From: an uncultured Gemmatimonadales bacterium
GTDB lineage: Bacteria > Gemmatimonadota > Gemmatimonadetes > Gemmatimonadales > GWC2-71-9
Length of the DNA: 64,000 nt
Direction of reading: 5' to 3'
Assembly (NCBI GenBank): GCA_963728915.1
Contig: CAVSLV010000001.1
Span: 640,001-704,000 of the forward strand
This document shows, piece after piece, positions 58,404 to 64,000 of this stretch. The notes beneath the pieces are model-generated. The model saw only the letters and a program-made list of their open reading frames with translations. It was not told the origin of the DNA and did not search any database. A program made the translations under genes and the position numbers. Numbering within the stretch: position 1 is the first letter of the stretch; each line of letters begins with the position of its first letter.

Positions 58404-60608
58404 ATGGCAGACCGGCACGGAACCGCTGATTCGAAACGACAGGCGCTCACCCAGGCGGAGCCATCGCAGGGCGAGGGCATTGCCGACGCGCTCACCATCA
58501 AGGATGGGGATCTCTACTTCCTGTGCGAGCGGGACGGGGCGGTGCCGGTATCCCGCCAGCATGGCCTCGGCCTCTACGCCAGAGATTGCCGGTTCCTGAG
58601 CGGCTATGAGGCGCGGGTCTCCGGGGTGCGACTCGAGTCGCTGGCCGCCAACTCGCGCGATGGATTCCGCTCGGTGTTCCAGCTCACCAATCCGGAGATC
58701 CCCGGCGATGGCAAGCGCCTGGGGATTCCGAAGCAACGTCTTGGGGTGCGCTGGCGGCACGTCCTGGATGCGAAAGGATCCTTGCTTCGGGACGAGTTCC
58801 TGGTGGCCAACTACGACCGGGAGCCCTGCTCCGCGACCCTCGAGCTCACCTTCGCGGCGGACTTCCGGGATGTCTTCTTCATTCGCGGGTTGACCGGAGA
58901 GCAACCCGGTACGCCGCGCAAGGTGGCCCGGGAGGAAGAGGAGCTGGTCTTCGGGTATGATGGGGCGGACGGTCGCTACCGGGAGCTTCGAGTTCGCTTT
59001 TCCGAGAAGCCCAACCGGTGGAAAGACCAGGGAGCCAGGTTCTCCTGGGACCTCGGCCCGGGAGAGTCCGCCCGCCTTCGAGTGAGTCTGCTGGTTCGGG
59101 AGTCCGAGGTGAAGGTTCATGCGGAGCCTCAGGGCGCCGATGCCAGTGGGATGGAGGCCAGCGAGCAGGACCATCACCGCTCCATCAGCGACTGGATGGA
59201 AGGGTTTCCCGAAATTCGTTCGGGAAGCCTGCGGCTTCAGGCAACCATGGATCGCTCCCTCCGGGACCTTCGCGCGCTGCGCATGCACATGGACGGGTAT
59301 CGGTTCTTCGGAGCAGGCGTTCCCTGGTTCGCCACCCTGTTCGGGCGGGACAGTCTGCTCTGCGCCTATGCCACCCTGGCGTACCGGCCCGAGCTGGCCA
59401 AAGAGACCCTCTTGCTGCTCGCCAAATTCCAGGGGACCCGAAAGGATTCCTGGACCGAAGAGGCGCCGGGGAAAATCCTCCACGAGCTCCGGCGCGGCGA
59501 GCTGGCCCGGATGGGCGCCATTCCGCATTCACCCTACTACGGAACCATCGACGCTACGCCGCTCTTCATCACGGTGATGGCCGAGTATCTCCGATGGAGC
59601 GGAGATCTGGACCTGGTACGCGAGCTCAGGCCGAATCTGGAGGCGGCGCTTCGCTGGATGGATGACGATGGCGATTCCGACGGAGATGGCTACCTCGACT
59701 ACGGAGCTCCCGGAGAGCACCCCGTCGTCAATGAGGGCTGGAAGGATTCCGGCTCCGCGATCGTGAACGCCGACGGCTCCGATGCCCGGCCCCCGGTCGC
59801 CCTGGTCGAAGTCCAGGGATTCGCCTACCGCGCCAGGCTGGATGCCGCGACCCTCTTCGAGAGCCTGGGAGACCGGGATCGCGCGGACCGGCTCCGGGCG
59901 GAAGCGAACGCATTGCGCGATCGATTCAATCGGGACTTCTGGCTTCCCGATCAGCAGTTCTACGCGCTGGCGCTCCAGCAAGCCGGCGAACCGGTCGCGG
60001 TGATCTCCTCCAATCCGGGGCAGGCGCTCTGGACCGGGATCATCCCGCCCGAGCGGGTGTCCCGGGTGGTGGAGCGGCTGATGCAGAAGGACATGTGCAC
60101 CGGCTGGGGAATTCGGACTCTGGCAAGCAGCGAGACCGGCTATAACCCCGTAGCCTATCATCGTGGGACAGTCTGGCCGCACGACACCGCGCTCGCCGCC
60201 GCCGGATTCCGGCACCATGGTCATGGCGCCGAGGCCTGCCGGCTCTTTGCCGGGCTACTCCACGCAGCCGAGAATTTCGATGACTATCGGTTGCCGGAGC
60301 TGTTCTCGGGGTACGACAAGAGCTTCGGCTTGCCGGTGCATTACCCCGTTGCGTGCCATCCCCAGGCCTGGGCCGCCGCCTCGGTGCCCTTCCTGCTGGC
60401 CACCCTGCTCGGTCTGGAACCCGATGCGCCGAGGCGGCGGCTTCGGATTCTTTCCGCGTGGCTCCCGGACTTCGTGCCGTGGGTCACCTTCCGCCGGCTT
60501 CGGGTGGGGGCCGCCGAGCTCGACCTCGCGTTCGCCCGCGGAGCCAGCGAACGAATCGAGGTCTCGGTGGAACGCCAAAGCGGACCGCTCGATATCGAAT
60601 TCGCCTGA
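58404..60608 (+). CDS. Amylo-alpha-1,6-glucosidase / glycogen-debranching family protein
   Basis: AGVPWFATLFGRDS, PGKILHE, YYGTIDATPL, GWKDS, YHRGTVWPHD, RLPELF and PQAWAA; GGAGGAG RBS. Confidence 0.9.
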   Translation: MADRHGTADSKRQALTQAEPSQGEGIADALTIKDGDLYFLCERDGAVPVSRQHGLGLYARDCRFLSGYEARVSGVRLESLAANSRDGFRSVFQLTNPEIPGDGKRLGIPKQRLGVRWRHVLDAKGSLLRDEFLVANYDREPCSATLELTFAADFRDVFFIRGLTGEQPGTPRKVAREEEELVFGYDGADGRYRELRVRFSEKPNRWKDQGARFSWDLGPGESARLRVSLLVRESEVKVHAEPQGADASGMEASEQDHHRSISDWMEGFPEIRSGSLRLQATMDRSLRDLRALRMHMDGYRFFGAGVPWFATLFGRDSLLCAYATLAYRPELAKETLLLLAKFQGTRKDSWTEEAPGKILHELRRGELARMGAIPHSPYYGTIDATPLFITVMAEYLRWSGDLDLVRELRPNLEAALRWMDDDGDSDGDGYLDYGAPGEHPVVNEGWKDSGSAIVNADGSDARPPVALVEVQGFAYRARLDAATLFESLGDRDRADRLRAEANALRDRFNRDFWLPDQQFYALALQQAGEPVAVISSNPGQALWTGIIPPERVSRVVERLMQKDMCTGWGIRTLASSETGYNPVAYHRGTVWPHDTALAAAGFRHHGHGAEACRLFAGLLHAAENFDDYRLPELFSGYDKSFGLPVHYPVACHPQAWAAASVPFLLATLLGLEPDAPRRRLRILSAWLPDFVPWVTFRRLRVGAAELDLAFARGASERIEVSVERQSGPLDIEFA

Positions 60609-60634
60609 GTCTGCCGGCTGACAGGGATCAGCGG

Positions 60635-61711
60635 TCAGGGCACCCTGTAGTTGACGGAAAGGGGAAGGCGAGGGTCCCCGATCGGGTACGGGGGTGTGCT
60701 CCGCGCCCGCCAGGCCGCGAAGAGAACGGCACTCGCGCTGATCAAGGCGATGGCGAGCGCATCCTCGACCAGGCCAAGACCGGTGACCTCACCCGCCGGG
60801 GCAACCAGCCACAGGGTATCCACCGCGTGCATCAGGAGCATCCAGGCGGCCAGCCCGGCGAGGAGCGCGGGATGGCGCTTGAATGAGCGCGAGAGCAGGA
60901 GGGCGAACGGGAGCACGAAGTGGCCGACGAAGAGCAGGGCACCCGACCACGACCACTCCCCCTGAAGTCGCGGGAGGTACCAGATGACCTCCCTGGGCAA
61001 ATCGCCGATCCAGATGATCAGGAGCTGGGCGAACCCGAAGTAGGCCCACAGGATGATCCCGGTGAGCAGGAGTTTTCCAAGGGCGTGAAAGTGTTCCGCA
61101 CTCGGTGAAGGAACGCCGGTGTCCGGCCGTTTGCGAAGCGCGATGGCAAGAAGGACGAGCAGGGCCAGCGCCCCGACGAATCCACCGGCCCACCAGTACG
61201 CTCCGTAGATCGTGGATTGCCAGGGGAGCGAAAGGGTCATGAGCCAGTCGAAGGACGCCAGCGTGACCGTCAAGGCGTAGATCGGGAGCCCGATGGCGCT
61301 GATCCGGATCTGTCGCCGGGTCAGGCCGGGACCTTCCGTGATGTCCTGACGCAGGGAAGCGCGCCTGAGGAGGCCGCCGATCACCCACCAGCTCGCCAGG
61401 TAGATCCCGGAACGCACCGCGAAGAAGGGGATGGTGAAGAGCGCCGCGCGCGCCTCGACGAAATCGCGGTTCGCCGGTGCAAGGCGTTCCGGATCCGCCC
61501 ATGGATAGAGATCCCGGGCCAGAAGAACGACGGGGATGAACAGGAGCAGGAACCAGGGCAAGACGGCGACAACGGCTTCCGCCCGGCGCCGGAGCACCAC
61601 GAACCAGGTTGCCCCGGTAAGGTGGGCGATCATCACCATGCCCAGGGCGCCCAGAACGATGCTGAGGACCGCGGCATACCCGATGAGGTACGCCAACGCG
61701 ATGGCCTTCAT
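60635..61711 (-). CDS. actF: Alternative complex III membrane subunit F
   Basis: HLTGATW, LYPW, FDWLMTL..WQSTIYG, LGKLL and QLLIIWIGDLPRE; operon position. Confidence 0.82.
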   Translation of the reverse strand: MKAIALAYLIGYAAVLSIVLGALGMVMIAHLTGATWFVVLRRRAEAVVAVLPWFLLLFIPVVLLARDLYPWADPERLAPANRDFVEARAALFTIPFFAVRSGIYLASWWVIGGLLRRASLRQDITEGPGLTRRQIRISAIGLPIYALTVTLASFDWLMTLSLPWQSTIYGAYWWAGGFVGALALLVLLAIALRKRPDTGVPSPSAEHFHALGKLLLTGIILWAYFGFAQLLIIWIGDLPREVIWYLPRLQGEWSWSGALLFVGHFVLPFALLLSRSFKRHPALLAGLAAWMLLMHAVDTLWLVAPAGEVTGLGLVEDALAIALISASAVLFAAWRARSTPPYPIGDPRLPLSVNYRVP

Positions 61712-62280
61712 GGAACAGCCCGCCGCCGTTCCGCTTCCCGCTCGCGCCAGGCCGAGTCGATGGCGACGAGCTGAAGCGCAAAGGCCGAGTCGGCACGGCC
61801 CGCCGAATCGAGTCCCGGGGTTCGGAGCAGCGCCATCAGGTACCAGGATACCGCGCGCCGGCCCCGGGCGTCCAGCTGCCATGCCATGGAGGGCATCCGT
61901 CCCCGGCCCCGCGCCACGATATCGAGCATCTCCCGCAGCGTGAGACGGAGGGTCGACGGGGTCCGAAGGGAGAAACCGCTGCTGGGAGGAAGGTTCGACG
62001 CGACCAACGTGCCCCCATAACCCGCGGCGCCGTGGCAGACTGCGCAGTACACGCCGTATTGGCTCCGTCCCATGGCCCGGGTTGCAGCGTCCGGAAGGTC
62101 GCTCGCTGGAAGGGTGTCGAACGGAATGACGCCTTCCGGCGGGGGTCGCAGCATGGGCGTCTCGAATGCGTCCGCCCGGTGCTGCCACCGCATTCGCTCG
62201 AAGTCCCAGCCAGGGACTCGCGAACGGCAGCCGAGGAAACCGAGCAGCAGGAGGCCGGCGGCGCCGGGGGACCAGGTCAT
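61708..62280 (-). CDS. actE: Alternative complex III monoheme cytochrome c lipoprotein E
   Basis: Lipobox FLGC, CAVCHG and distal GRMP. Confidence 0.82.
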   Translation of the reverse strand: MTWSPGAAGLLLLGFLGCRSRVPGWDFERMRWQHRADAFETPMLRPPPEGVIPFDTLPASDLPDAATRAMGRSQYGVYCAVCHGAAGYGGTLVASNLPPSSGFSLRTPSTLRLTLREMLDIVARGRGRMPSMAWQLDARGRRAVSWYLMALLRTPGLDSAGRADSAFALQLVAIDSAWREREAERRRAVP

Positions 62281-62826
62281 CGCACTGCCACAGTCCGGAC
62301 CACCCGAATGGCGCCGGCCCGCTGGAGGAGACCCAGAAGCTCATCGGGATCGTCGCGAAGCTCGGCGGCATTCACCGCGAGGAAGAACCGGTCGACGCTG
62401 GCGTGCTCGAATTGGGGCACCTCAAATACCGGATGCCAGAGTCGCGGAAGCCGCAGGGCGAAACAGGAGTCCGAAGAACCCTCCGAGAGCAGCGAGGAGC
62501 ACGGTGCCTTCGAAGGTGGGCACCACGAATGCCGGCACCGCATGAGCGGGACGCCCGCCGATATTGAGCGGATAGTCGATTGCGTTGGTCCACCACTGGA
62601 TCAGATAGCTCGCCAGGCCACCAGCTATTCCAGCGATCAACACCGTGAGCGGAAGCCGGGATTTCGAATAGCCGGCCTGCTCGATCGGCTCCTCCATCGG
62701 GTAGGGGGAGTAGAACTCGAATTCCCGGTACCCGGCCTCGCGCAGCACGGCGACCGCCCCTTCCACCTCGCCGGCTTGCTCGAACTCGGCGAGCAAGGCC
62801 CCGAGCGGCCAGCGCCGGTCACGCAT
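62277..62826 (-). CDS. actD: Alternative complex III subunit D (DUF3341); apparent +1 frameshift at 62461-62463
   Basis: [20 protein letters not shown] and PTFEGTVL. Removing one base continues into [21 protein letters not shown]. Confidence 0.85.
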
Positions 62827-64000
62827 GTGCCCCCTCGATTCCCGACTCCGGAGGGGGCCTCGCCACCAGGCGCTTCACCTCGGAGAGCGCCACCACGGGG
62901 AGCCAGCGGAGGAAGAGGAGGAACAGGAGCAGGAAAAGCCCCAGACTCCCGGCCAGGATACCAAGATCGACCCAGGTCGGCCTGAATGGGTGCCAGCTCG
63001 AGGGAAGAAAGTCCCTGCTGAGGGAGGTGACGATGATGAGAAATCGCTCCAGCCACATGCCGATCAGGATGGCAACCCCGGCGCTCACCAGGACGGCCGG
63101 ATTCCTCCGGAGCCGGCGCGACCAGAAGAGCTGTGGGGTGAGGACGTTCATGGCGATCATCACCCAGTAAAGAACGGCATAATCGCCGGTAGGGCGCTGG
63201 ACCAGATGGATGTAACGTTCAAACTTATCGTTGCTATACCACGCGAGGAGTACCTCCACAACATAGCTGTAGGCAAGCAGAAGGCCGGTCGTGAGCACCA
63301 GCTTGGCAAGGTTGTCGAGGTGTCGCGGAGTGATCACGTCATGCAGCCGGTAGGCCCTTCGGACCGGAATGGCCAGGATCAGGACCATGGCGAGGCCGGA
63401 GTAGATCGCGCCCACCACGAAGTAGGGCGGAAAGATTGTCGAGTGCCACCCGGGGAGCTGGGCAATCGAGAAATCCAGGCTCACCACGCTGTGTACCGAG
63501 ACCACCAGGGGAGTAGCGAGGGCGGCCAGCAGGCCATAGGCGACCCGGTGGCGCTGCCACTGGAATCCGGATCCCCGCCATCCCAGGGCCAGAAGACCGT
63601 AGATCCGGCGCTGAGCCCGGTTGGCGACTCGGTCCCGAGCGGTGGCCAGATCGGGAAGCATGCCGAGATACCAGAACAGGAGCGAGACGGTGAAGTAGGT
63701 CGTGACCGCGGCGACATCCCAGGGAAGGGCGCTCTTGAAGTTCGGCCACATCCCAAAGCGGGCGGGGTAGGGAACCAGCCAGTAGAAGAACCACGGGCGT
63801 CCCAGGTGCAGCACCGGAAAGAGCGCCGCGTTGACCAGCGCGAAGATGGTCATCGCTTCGGCCAGCCGGTTGATCGAGGCCCGCCAGTCCTGGTTGAGGA
63901 GCAGCAGGAAGGCGGAGATGAATGTCCCCGCGTGCCCGATCCCGATCCACCAGACGAAATTGGTGATCGCGAAGCCCCACGCGACCGGGATGTTGTTGCC
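62819..64000 (-). CDS. actC: Alternative complex III quinol-binding subunit C (NrfD/PsrC family); 5' end outside window
   Basis: Frame is open to the window edge: [55 protein letters not shown] and GMWLERF. Confidence 0.92.
   Translation of the reverse strand, partial: GNNIPVAWGFAITNFVWWIGIGHAGTFISAFLLLLNQDWRASINRLAEAMTIFALVNAALFPVLHLGRPWFFYWLVPYPARFGMWPNFKSALPWDVAAVTTYFTVSLLFWYLGMLPDLATARDRVANRAQRRIYGLLALGWRGSGFQWQRHRVAYGLLAALATPLVVSVHSVVSLDFSIAQLPGWHSTIFPPYFVVGAIYSGLAMVLILAIPVRRAYRLHDVITPRHLDNLAKLVLTTGLLLAYSYVVEVLLAWYSNDKFERYIHLVQRPTGDYAVLYWVMIAMNVLTPQLFWSRRLRRNPAVLVSAGVAILIGMWLERFLIIVTSLSRDFLPSSWHPFRPTWVDLGILAGSLGLFLLLFLLFLRWLPVVALSEVKRLVARPPPESGIEGAHA

Noticed and set aside
1..64000. tRNA, rRNA, integrase/transposase or anti-phage defence genes
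   Set aside because: None was recognisable by eye and the intergenic gaps are short. A covariance-model scan would be needed to exclude small ncRNAs.

Overview
A very GC-rich, gene-dense bacterial region. The gene content (ADOP permeases with PadR, Hanks kinase and TPR proteins, short type IV pilin, alternative complex III) suggests Gemmatimonadota or an Acidobacteria-like lineage; this is inference only. I saw no rRNA, tRNA, CRISPR array or mobile element. The most notable locus is a compact RiPP cluster at about 0.5-8.05 kb. It has a stand-alone PatD/TruD-like YcaO, an unusually basic NHLP-leader precursor with no double-Gly motif, a ThcOx/SagB-type azoline oxidase and a CX7CX2C cobalamin-type radical SAM (PoyC-like). 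These face a convergent pair of a cytoplasmic S8 protease and a flavin amine oxidase, so the locus looks like a cyanobactin/proteusin hybrid. The rest holds a probable sigma-54 pilin, secreted hydrolases, transporters (DAACS, SSS with a small subunit, 3 MscS, CorA, 2 ADOP), redox lipoproteins, a TPP-enzyme/enolase/FAD-FeS operon, a glycogen debranching enzyme and the distal end of an actCDEF operon. Four genes carry apparent single-base insertions in homopolymers, probably sequencing errors. All family calls come from reading motifs by eye; no database searches were run.
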